Part shown: positions 21,350-28,853 of the stretch, piece by piece
Position numbering within the stretch: the first letter of the stretch is position 1
Layout: each line of letters opens with the position of its first letter
Assembly: GCF_002844375.1 (NCBI RefSeq)
Contig: NZ_CP024199.1
Coordinates: 1,297,815-1,329,814, forward strand
Origin: Thalassospira marina
Lineage (GTDB): Bacteria > Pseudomonadota > Alphaproteobacteria > Rhodospirillales > Thalassospiraceae
DNA length: 32,000 nucleotides
Direction of reading: 5' to 3'
Translations under genes and position numbers: made by a program
The notes under the pieces: model-generated
The model's input: only the letters and a program-made list of their open reading frames with translations
The model's database searches: none
What the model was told of the DNA's origin: nothing

Positions 21350-22663
21350 ATGGTATCTTTATTTGAAAGTCAGGTTGCCCGCCCGCTGGCAGACCGTTTG
21401 CGCCCCAAAAAACTGACCGAAGTTGTCGGGCAGGATCATCTTTTTGGGGATGACGGCCCGCTAACCCGCATGACACAGACGGGGCGTGTGCCTTCTGTCA
21501 TTTTGTGGGGGCCGCCTGGTTGCGGCAAAACCACACTGGCTCGCCTGATGGCCGATATTGCCGATATGGCATTTGAGCCTTTATCAGCAATTTTTTCCGG
21601 TGTTGCCGATCTGCGCAAGGTGTTTGACCGTGCACGTGGCCGCCGGGCGACCGGGGCCAGCACGCTGTTATTCGTTGATGAAATCCATCGTTTTAACAAG
21701 GCCCAGCAGGATAGTTTCCTCCCCTATGTTGAAGATGGCACCATCACCCTGATTGGTGCGACAACGGAAAACCCGTCCTTTGAGCTGAATGCCGCCCTTC
21801 TGTCGCGAAGCCAGGTTCTGGTTTTAAAACGCCTTGATGACCCGGCACTGGAAGAGCTGCTTAAACGCAGCGAAGGCGAAATGGGGTTTGACCTGCCCTT
21901 AACCGGCGAGGCCCGCACAACCCTGCGCGCCATGGCCGATGGCGACGGGCGATATCTGTTAAACATGGCTGAAGAACTGTTCATGCTGCCTGCCAGCGAT
22001 GACGGCCCCCTTGGCGTGGCAGAGCTTTCACGCGTTATTCAAAAACGCATGCCGATTTATGACAAAGGCGATGACAGCCATTACAACCTGATCAGTGCTT
22101 TGCATAAATCCGTGCGCGGGTCGGACCCGGACGCGGCCCTTTACTGGTATAACCGCATGCTGGTGGGCGGCGAGGACCCCAAATATGTTGCCCGCCGTTT
22201 ATTGCGCATGGCGATCGAGGATATTGGCCTGGCCGACCCGCAGGCACAGCAGATTTGCCTGGGGGCCTGGCAAAGTTATGAACGGCTGGGCAGCCCCGAA
22301 GGCGAACTGGCACTGGGGCAGGCGGTGATTTACCTTGCCCTGGCGCCCAAATCCAATGCCGGATACAACGCCTATAACCATTCTGCCCGCATCGCGCGCG
22401 ATACCGGCTCGCTAACACCTCCGGCCCATATCCTGAATGCCCCAACAAAGCTGATGAAGGAAATTGGCTATGGTCAGGGCTATGCCTATGACCATGATCA
22501 GGAAGATGGTTTTTCCGGGCAGAATTACTTTCCCGAAGGCATGCGCCGGCAACAGTTTTATGACCCGGTGGAACGTGGCTTTGAACGCGACTTGCGCAAA
22601 CGGGTGGATTATTTCGCCAAATTGCGCCGCGAACGCCAGAAAAAATGTGGTGAAACGGATTAG
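21350..22663 (+). CDS. rarA: replication-associated recombination protein A (AAA+ ATPase, MgsA/RarA)
   Basis: Walker A GPPGCGKTT, Walker B LLFVDEIHRFNK, and a C-terminal MgsA-type region (...HYNLISALHKSVRGSDPDAALYW..RML.GGEDP.Y.ARRL...). The start is set at ATG 21350 (MVSLFE...) by comparison with the N-terminus of E. coli RarA. TTG 21314 and ATG 21320 are also in frame. Confidence 0.9.
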   Translation: MVSLFESQVARPLADRLRPKKLTEVVGQDHLFGDDGPLTRMTQTGRVPSVILWGPPGCGKTTLARLMADIADMAFEPLSAIFSGVADLRKVFDRARGRRATGASTLLFVDEIHRFNKAQQDSFLPYVEDGTITLIGATTENPSFELNAALLSRSQVLVLKRLDDPALEELLKRSEGEMGFDLPLTGEARTTLRAMADGDGRYLLNMAEELFMLPASDDGPLGVAELSRVIQKRMPIYDKGDDSHYNLISALHKSVRGSDPDAALYWYNRMLVGGEDPKYVARRLLRMAIEDIGLADPQAQQICLGAWQSYERLGSPEGELALGQAVIYLALAPKSNAGYNAYNHSARIARDTGSLTPPAHILNAPTKLMKEIGYGQGYAYDHDQEDGFSGQNYFPEGMRRQQFYDPVERGFERDLRKRVDYFAKLRRERQKKCGETD

Positions 22664-22765
22664 TCCGTTTTGGGAAACAAATATGTGCGTAGTCAGTGGA
22701 TAGTCCTGAATATGGAAATTGATATGGTGACGCCATAATAACCCATTCAGACTGGAGACTCTTTC

Positions 22766-23371
22766 ATGAGCACCATTTTGCACATTGATCCGTCCGTAAA
22801 CGGTGAAAATTCCAAAAGCCGCCAGCTTGCCCTGAAACTGATCGAGCGCATGAAAGCTGCTGATCCGTCGGCAACCGTTACCTCGCGCGTGCTTGATGCC
22901 AATGTCGCACCGGCCATCAATGGCGATGTCGTTGGCGCCTATTACACCCCGGCTGACAGCCGCAACGATGCACAGAAGGCCCTTCTGGCAACATCCGATA
23001 CGCTGGTTGCCGAACTGCAGGCTGCTGATGCCGTTGTCATCGGTGTGCCGATGTATAACTTCGCCATTCCTTCCACGCTGAAAGCCTGGAACGACATGGT
23101 TGCCCGCGTTGGCGTCACCTTCAATTACACCGAAAACGGCCCGGTTGGCGCCCTTGGTGGCAAGAAGGCATATCTGGTTGTTTCCACCGGCGGCGTTCCG
23201 GTAAACAGCCCGGCTGATTTCGCAACCCCGTATATGAAACAGTTCCTGGCATTCCTTGGCATTACCGATGTCACCGTGATCGAAGCTTCGGGCTTTGCCG
23301 TTGATGCCGATAAGGCAATGGCGTCGGGTCTGGCCGGTGTTGAAGCCGCCGAACTGCCCAAAGCAGCCTGA
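22766..23371 (+). CDS. azoR: FMN-dependent NADH-azoreductase
   Basis: 201 aa. Blocks shared with E. coli AzoR, as I remember it: PMYNF.IPS.LK...D.VARVGVTF.YTENGP.G..GGKKA... and TPY...FL.F.GITDV. Confidence 0.88.
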   Translation: MSTILHIDPSVNGENSKSRQLALKLIERMKAADPSATVTSRVLDANVAPAINGDVVGAYYTPADSRNDAQKALLATSDTLVAELQAADAVVIGVPMYNFAIPSTLKAWNDMVARVGVTFNYTENGPVGALGGKKAYLVVSTGGVPVNSPADFATPYMKQFLAFLGITDVTVIEASGFAVDADKAMASGLAGVEAAELPKAA

Positions 23372-23435
23372 TCTTTCGGACTACGCATAATGTAACGTAT
23401 ATCCCCGCTTTTCCCCCCTGCGTTGCATTTGATGA

Positions 23436-23474
23436 AAAAGACCGGTGCGCTCTGCGTATCGGTCTTTTAATTTT
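23436..23474 (+). terminator. putative azoR terminator
   Basis: AAAAGACCG (23436-23444) pairs with CGGTCTTTT (23460-23468) around a 15-nt loop, followed by AATTTT. Confidence 0.5.
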
Positions 23475-23585
23475 GCGATTACAGTAGTTTAATATCTTTC
23501 GGATATATCGGGCTATCTGGCACAGTGTAACACACACGGTGGAGCATAGGCTGCCATCCACGGGGAAGAGTACAAGGGGAAGCAA

Positions 23586-24110
23586 GTGTCGCGTTTTGTG
23601 ATGCTGATCATGTGGTTTATCGCGGTCGTAGGCCTGACATTCGCAGGTGTGCGATTCAGCGGGCTGCTTGATTCCATGCTGCCACCCGGCGAGCCGGAAA
23701 TTACCCGCTTTTCCCCGGAAATGACACTTCCGGCACAGCCCAATTTTTATCTGGTCTGTGGCGGGGGCCATTGCCCACCCGCCATTCGCAAGGTCGAAAG
23801 CCCGGTTTTCCCGGTCAGCGCCGCCCAGCTTTTCAGTCGCATCGAAGAACTGGCTGCTGGCATGGGCGGAAAGGTCACCTTCCGCAATGGCGAAACCCTG
23901 CATATCCGTTTTGTGGTGCGAAGCCCCATTTTCCGCTTTCCCGACTGGGTTGATCTGCAGGCCTCCCCGGTCGAGGATAATACCAGCCAGCTTCTGGCCT
24001 ATAGCCGTTCGGTCTATGGTGCGGATGATTTTGGTGCCAATGAAAAACGCCTGAAAAAATTCATCGCTCAGCTTTCCGCCCTGACCGCTGGTGCCAGGGC
24101 CAGCCAGTAA
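23586..24110 (+). CDS. membrane-anchored DUF1499-like protein
   Basis: 174 aa, GTG start with AAGGGGAAG upstream, and an N-terminal TM helix (FVMLIMWFIAVVGLTFAGV). The C-terminal part (...PNF...FPDWVDL...YSRSVYGADDFGANEKRLKKFI...) resembles my memory of the DUF1499 family pattern (PN...; F.DD.E.; SR.G.SD.G.N..R). This assignment is not verified. Confidence 0.6.
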   Translation: MSRFVMLIMWFIAVVGLTFAGVRFSGLLDSMLPPGEPEITRFSPEMTLPAQPNFYLVCGGGHCPPAIRKVESPVFPVSAAQLFSRIEELAAGMGGKVTFRNGETLHIRFVVRSPIFRFPDWVDLQASPVEDNTSQLLAYSRSVYGADDFGANEKRLKKFIAQLSALTAGARASQ

Positions 24111-24428
24111 CCTGATTGCCCTTGCATTGCGCCGGCATTGGCGTGGTTGACCGGGTAAAATGCGCTGTTTTGGGTGATAATTGCCTTAAATGATGGTGAA
24201 AAGTGGCCTTTGAGGCGTTTCAGGCACGGATTTGGGATGTCAATATTGCCTGAAAGCCTGTCCTCTGTTACATCCGGGGCCTGCCTTTTCTGATGTAACC
24301 GTCTTTCCGGCCTGAAATGACACGGCGAGGGGACGGCAATTTCATTTCATTTGATCCGTGCGAAGGCGCGCATCGCCCGTGCGGTTTTCGCATGTGACAT
24401 TTGAACAATGAAGGACTAGCTTCCCGCC

Positions 24429-24821
24429 ATGCAATTTTCACCGATCATTTTTGCCTGTGTCGCCCTGGGCGGGGCATTGGGCGCCATGTCGCGCTATGTC
24501 GTTTCCGGCTGGATGAATTCGCTGATGGGGCATGGCTTCCCGTGGGGAACATTCACGGTCAATATTGTCGGCTCGTTCATCATGGGGCTGGTAATTGAAC
24601 TGGGCGCCCTTAAATTTTCCATCGGGCCGGAAATACGTGCCATCATAATTACCGGGTTTTTGGGGGCGTTTACGACGTTTTCCACTTTTTCCCTGGATGT
24701 GGCGACGCTATATGAACGCGGCAGTTTTGCGCTGGCGGCCCTTTATGTGACAGTTTCGGTGTTTGTCGGCATTTCCGCCCTGTTTGGGGCAATGGCATTA
24801 GTACGAGGAGCCGTCCAATGA
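24429..24821 (+). CDS. crcB: fluoride ion channel CrcB/FluC
   Basis: 130 aa with four predicted TM segments. CrcB hallmarks are present: GGALGAMSRY, GTFTVNIVGSFIMG and GFLGAFTTFSTFS. Confidence 0.93.
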   Translation: MQFSPIIFACVALGGALGAMSRYVVSGWMNSLMGHGFPWGTFTVNIVGSFIMGLVIELGALKFSIGPEIRAIIITGFLGAFTTFSTFSLDVATLYERGSFALAALYVTVSVFVGISALFGAMALVRGAVQ

Positions 24822-25888
24822 GCGGTGTTACCCTGCGCCGGGTCAAGGCAGACGAGGCGGAAACACGCCTGGATCGCTGGTTCAAGCGCAATTGCCCTGA
24901 ATTTACCTTTGGCCAGGTGCAGAAATTTCTGCGCGGCGGCCAGATCCGTGTGGATGGCAAACGTGCCAAGGCCAACCAGCGCCTGGAACCGGGCCAGGAA
25001 ATTCGCGTGCCACCCGTGCCTGTAATGTCGGGCGGGGGCGAAGCACCCTGGCAGGATGGTTCCTATGAACCACGCGCCAAAACCGGCCCGTCACGCATTG
25101 ATGCCAGCGAGGACGACCTGCAGGCATTGCGCGATTCCGTGCTGTTTTATGACGAAGTTGTCCTGGCAATTAACAAACCCGCCGGTCTGGCTGTGCAGGG
25201 CGGGACCAATACCGCCCTTCATATCGATGGCATGCTGGATGCCCTGAAGCTTGACAGCAAGGAACGCCCCAAACTGGTGCACCGCCTTGATAAGGACACC
25301 AGCGGTGTGCTGCTGCTGGCCCGTTCGGCATCTGCTGCGGCGGCCCTGACGCGCGCGTTTAAGGATAAAACCACGCGCAAGCTTTATTGGGCGCTGGTTG
25401 CAGGCGCACCTGCCGAACGCGAAGGCCTGATTGACGCACCGCTGGCAAAGCAGGGCGGCAAGGGCGGCGAAAAAATGGTAATCGATGAAAAGCAGGGTAA
25501 AACCGCACAAACGGTGTACCGGCAGCTTGCCCGCGCCGGGCACAAGGCCGCCTGGCTGGCATTATCACCGCTAACCGGCCGTACCCACCAGCTTCGCGCC
25601 CATACCGAGGCCATTGGCTGCCCGATTATTGGCGATGGCAAATATGGCGGGGCAAAAGCCTTTCGCGACGGTCTGGCAAACCAGATGCATCTGCATGCCC
25701 GTGCAATTGATTTCCCGCATCCCGTTACCGGGCATCGCGTGGTGATCGAGGCACCGGTGCCCCCGCATTTCGCCGAAAGCCTGAAAACGCTGAATTTCGA
25801 TCCGAAAACTTTGACGAAGTTTTTGACGCCTGAAATTCACCGTGAAAAAGAAAAGAAACCTGCCCGCCGCGAAAGCTCCCGGCGCTAG
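24818..25888 (+). CDS. rluC: 23S rRNA pseudouridine synthase, RluA family (RluC/RluD type with N-terminal S4 domain)
   Basis: 356 aa. It has an S4-like N-terminus (...RLDRWF...GQIRVDGKRAK.N..L..G..I.V), the catalytic motif HRLDKDTSGVLLLAR and the block GRTHQLRAH. The ATG overlaps the crcB stop (ATGA). Choosing rluC over rluD is tentative. Confidence 0.85.
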   Translation: MSGVTLRRVKADEAETRLDRWFKRNCPEFTFGQVQKFLRGGQIRVDGKRAKANQRLEPGQEIRVPPVPVMSGGGEAPWQDGSYEPRAKTGPSRIDASEDDLQALRDSVLFYDEVVLAINKPAGLAVQGGTNTALHIDGMLDALKLDSKERPKLVHRLDKDTSGVLLLARSASAAAALTRAFKDKTTRKLYWALVAGAPAEREGLIDAPLAKQGGKGGEKMVIDEKQGKTAQTVYRQLARAGHKAAWLALSPLTGRTHQLRAHTEAIGCPIIGDGKYGGAKAFRDGLANQMHLHARAIDFPHPVTGHRVVIEAPVPPHFAESLKTLNFDPKTLTKFLTPEIHREKEKKPARRESSRR

Positions 25889-25902
25889 GCTTTGAAAATC
25901 AA

Positions 25903-25950
25903 CCCACCGGCAGGGCTGCCTTTTGGTGCCTGGCCGGTGGGTTTTATTTT
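25903..25950. terminator. bidirectional rho-independent terminator (rluC and the convergent small gene)
   Basis: CCCACCGGC (25903-25911) pairs with GCCGGTGGG (25933-25941), extended by AGG/CCT with one bulge. TTTTATTTT follows on the + strand, and TTGATTTTC follows on the - strand. Confidence 0.7.
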
Positions 25951-25963
25951 GCCGGTTATTTCC

Positions 25964-26221
25964 CTAGTGGGTGAAACGGGCAATAAAGGCCTTGTGGATG
26001 CAGCGCAGATGCGTGGCATGAACCTCCATGCCGCACAGGTCGCATTCCCGGGCGCGTTTCAGCAGCATATTGGCAATCTGCTGGCGTCCATGTGCGCTAT
26101 GAACCAGATTTTCGCCTTCTTCCAGCGCACTAATGATCGGAATATGTTCGCATTCGGCAATAGCGCAGATTTCGTCTTCGTTAAGATCGCTAAAGTCGAA
26201 GCAGTCTTTCAGGGTTAGCAT
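25964..26221 (-). CDS. small Cys/His-rich hypothetical protein (85 aa)
   Basis: ATG preceded by GGGGAGGAAACC (strong SD with good spacing). Codon choice (CTG, GCC, GAA, CGC) resembles the neighbouring genes. A terminator lies 13 nt past the stop. The protein has 6 Cys and 7 His, including C60-x2-C63-x4-H68-x2-H71-x2-C74-x-H76. I recognise no family with certainty. Confidence 0.65.
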   Translation of the reverse strand: MLTLKDCFDFSDLNEDEICAIAECEHIPIISALEEGENLVHSAHGRQQIANMLLKRARECDLCGMEVHATHLRCIHKAFIARFTH

Positions 26222-26482
26222 GGTTTCCTCCCCTCGCTTTCGGGGCCGCTCCCAATTGTATTATATATTTCTAATGAATTACAGCGTGTGAAATTGCCCT
26301 TTGGGTTGAAGGGGTTGTGCGCAGTCTTCCGGCTTCGGTTCTTTTCGCGCGAAGACTCGGCGAAAATACCGCTTTGGGCTGGACCAACCGGGCTTCGCAC
26401 GCTACCTGTTATCGGATTGATTGAAGGATAGACGATAGGGTGCCATGTAAAGGCATGGCCGCACACAATACAGGGTTTGTGA

Positions 26483-27181
26483 ATGACAACGGATTTGCTG
26501 CGACTTGTGATTTTTGACTGCGACGGAACCCTGGTAGACAGCCAGCACGCCATTGCCCACTGCATGGATCACGCTTTTGCCGAACATGGCCTGGATTGCC
26601 CGGGCCTGGAAAAAACCCGCACCATTATCGGGCTAAGCCTGCCCGAAGCCATCACCCAGCTTGCACGTCCTGCAATGCTTGATGCCACCCTGATTGATGC
26701 GGTCACCAACAGCTACAAGTCCGCCTTTTTCACCCTGCGTCAAAGCCCCGATTTTTTTGAACCCCTGTTTCCCGGCGTCATGGAAGTGATCGACAGCCTG
26801 GATCAGCGCGGCTGGCTTTCGGGTGTGGCAACAGGCAAGGCACGGCGTGGTCTGGATGCGGTGCTTGATCGCAACAATCTTTCACGCCGTTTTGTAACGC
26901 TTCAGACTTGCGATAACCACCCCTCGAAGCCACATCCTTCGATGCTGGAAGCCGCAATGAACGAAACGGGCACCGACCCGCGCAATTGCGCCATGATCGG
27001 CGATACCACCTATGACATCGAAATGGGCCGGGCGGCAGGCATGCTGTCCATCGGTGTTGCCTGGGGCTATCACGACCGTGAAAAGCTTGAAGGCGCTGGC
27101 GCCCACGCTGTTATCGACCATTTTGACCAGCTACCCGCAATTTTGGACGAGTTATGGAAATCGGCCGAACAACCGGCCTGA
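26483..27181 (+). CDS. HAD-superfamily hydrolase, phosphoglycolate-phosphatase-like (subfamily IA)
   Basis: 232 aa with motif I VIFDCDGTLVDS, motif II GVATGK, and motifs III/IV K...MIGDTTYDIEMG. Confidence 0.85.
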   Translation: MTTDLLRLVIFDCDGTLVDSQHAIAHCMDHAFAEHGLDCPGLEKTRTIIGLSLPEAITQLARPAMLDATLIDAVTNSYKSAFFTLRQSPDFFEPLFPGVMEVIDSLDQRGWLSGVATGKARRGLDAVLDRNNLSRRFVTLQTCDNHPSKPHPSMLEAAMNETGTDPRNCAMIGDTTYDIEMGRAAGMLSIGVAWGYHDREKLEGAGAHAVIDHFDQLPAILDELWKSAEQPA

Positions 27182-27196
27182 GGCAAAGAAAAAGAT

Positions 27197-27694
27197 ATGA
27201 CCGAAGAAAACTTCACCGCTGACGGGCAGGATATGGCCCTTCTGGACCCGGTAACTGTTGAAATCACTGTCCCGCGCGATCCCGAAGCTGCCTTTATCGC
27301 CTTTACCGAAGGATTTAGCGAATGGTGGCCGCGGGCAACCCACACCATTTCACGCGAGGAATGCACCGGCATTAAAATGCATCCCGGTCTTGGCGGTGAA
27401 ATTATCGAAACGGCACGGGGCCGTGACCCGCAAATCTGGGGTAAAATCGAAATCTGGCTGCCGGGCGAACAGGTTGCCTTTACCTGGCATCCGGGTTGGG
27501 ATGCCGGCGATTACACCCGTGTCAGTGTCAGCTTTGATCAAAATGCCTTTGGCCATTGCGTGGTCAAACTGGTGCATTGGGAATGGGAAAATCTTGGCGA
27601 AATCGCCAATGCCGTGCGTGATGGTTATGTCACTGGCTGGCAGCAGGTCTTTGGCGAGGTTTTCGCCACCTATTTGCGCCGGGGCAAAAAATAA
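27197..27694 (+). CDS. SRPBCC-superfamily protein (AHSA1/START-like)
   Basis: 165 aa of typical size. The motifs (...F.EG...WWP..TH......C.GI.M.P..GG.I.E......WG.I..W.PG..VAFTWHPG...) resemble AHSA1-type SRPBCC domains. This is a judgement from memory. Confidence 0.7.
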   Translation: MTEENFTADGQDMALLDPVTVEITVPRDPEAAFIAFTEGFSEWWPRATHTISREECTGIKMHPGLGGEIIETARGRDPQIWGKIEIWLPGEQVAFTWHPGWDAGDYTRVSVSFDQNAFGHCVVKLVHWEWENLGEIANAVRDGYVTGWQQVFGEVFATYLRRGKK

Positions 27695-27731
27695 CCTGTC
27701 GGCATCAGGCGCTAAAGCCTTTTAAAGATCA

Positions 27732-27772
27732 ACAGGCCGGTGGAAATATATCCACCGGCCTGTTTGTTTTTG
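27732..27772. terminator. bidirectional rho-independent terminator between convergent genes
   Basis: ACAGGCCGGTGG (27732-27743) pairs perfectly with CCACCGGCCTGT (27752-27763) around an 8-nt AT loop. TTGTTTTTG follows on the + strand, and a T-rich tract (TGATCTTTAAAAGG) follows on the - strand. Confidence 0.75.
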
Positions 27773-27842
27773 TAATGGCGCAGGTTCGGGGCAATGGTCC
27801 CCGTTTGGACGGGGCTGTTTGCGGCCCGCCGCGTCATGTGCC

Positions 27843-28457
27843 TTACAGCAGGCCACGTTCCATCAAATCCCGGCGCAGGCGGGTCGGGTCTCGGAACCAA
27901 TGGGTGGCAAAGCCCATTTCGCGTGCCTGCTGAATGTTCTTTTCAGAATCATCAATAAACAGCGTCGTTTTGGGATCAAAGCCAAACCGGCTGGCCGTCA
28001 GTTCGAAAATGCGCGGGTCGGGTTTGGCCAGTTTTTCCTGCCCCGAAACCAGAATTCCCTCAAAGCTTTGCAAAAACGCAAACCGCTCCAGCGCATGTGG
28101 CCAAGTCTGATGTGACCAGTTGGTCAAGGCATATAAATGAACTTCGTTTTTGCGTTTAAGTTCCTCAAGCAGGCGTTCGGTGCCCAAAATGGAACCTGCC
28201 AGCATTTCCGGCCAGCGATCGCGCCAGGCGGCAATCTGGTCGTGATATTTGGGGTGGCGGTGCTGTTGCTCGGGGATGGAATTTTCAAATTCCAGCGTCG
28301 CCTTGTCATGCAGAAAATTCCAGTGCGGGTGGCACACTTCGGCCAGGAAATATTCCATTTCGGCGGCATCGCTGAAAATCTTGCGATACAGGTGGCGCGG
28401 GTCCCAATCAACCAGCACACCGCCCAGATCAAACAGCACTGTTTTAATTTCCTGCAT
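27843..28457 (-). CDS. HAD-superfamily hydrolase (subfamily IA variant, FDLGGV type phosphatase)
   Basis: The ORF opens at GTG 28493. ATG 28457 has an AGGA SD and gives MQEIKTVLFDLGGVLVDW... (204 aa). Motif I is a DxG variant, as in YihX-like sugar-phosphate phosphatases. The C-terminal motif is LFIDDSEKNI. Confidence 0.85.
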   Translation of the reverse strand: MQEIKTVLFDLGGVLVDWDPRHLYRKIFSDAAEMEYFLAEVCHPHWNFLHDKATLEFENSIPEQQHRHPKYHDQIAAWRDRWPEMLAGSILGTERLLEELKRKNEVHLYALTNWSHQTWPHALERFAFLQSFEGILVSGQEKLAKPDPRIFELTASRFGFDPKTTLFIDDSEKNIQQAREMGFATHWFRDPTRLRRDLMERGLL

Positions 28458-28853
28458 GTTTTCCTGCTCTTGGTTTGTGTTTATGGCGCCCACACTAGGG
28501 AAATTCGCCTGTAATTAAAAGTTGTCAAATCATGTCATGGGCGTTTCCGCCGGGCTTGGCCTGCATTTGCGTGTCTGGCGGTTGGGCAGGGGTGAAACTG
28601 TTCACACTGCGGATGGTTGCGGGCAGGTGCCCTTGGGCGCGGTTTTCCTGCAAATCGGGCATTTTTGGTGTTGCGGCACCAATATCATGACAGGACTGTG
28701 ATTTGCCATTTGCAACCGGCTGGGGAAGGATTTTGCCGAATGCAGCTTTAGTCGGGGTGGGGTGCAAATCGGCATTGGGGACAAACAATTACGCCCCTGA
28801 TGTTGCCCATATACGCAGCCACGCCGCATCAAACCAAAAATCAGGAGGCTTGG

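Noticed and set aside
24111-24428. A canonical fluoride (crcB-motif) riboswitch upstream of crcB
   Set aside because: I could not find the conserved P1 hairpin (GGnGAUG...UCnCC), the P3 hairpin or the 3' CCUAC element. Only a lone CUGAUG-like string is present. This was a manual search only, and a covariance-model scan could overturn it.
25892-26218. A 108-aa + strand ORF overlapping the small Cys/His gene
   Set aside because: It starts at a TTG inside the rluC terminator region and would have to be translated through the terminator hairpin and its T-run. It has no SD. The - strand ORF has a strong SD, a sensible codon pattern and a terminator, so the - strand is taken as coding.
26215-26587. 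- strand ORFs of 116 aa and 61 aa in the divergent intergenic region, extending into the HAD gene start
   Set aside because: They overlap the start regions of both flanking real genes, have no SD, and have odd composition.
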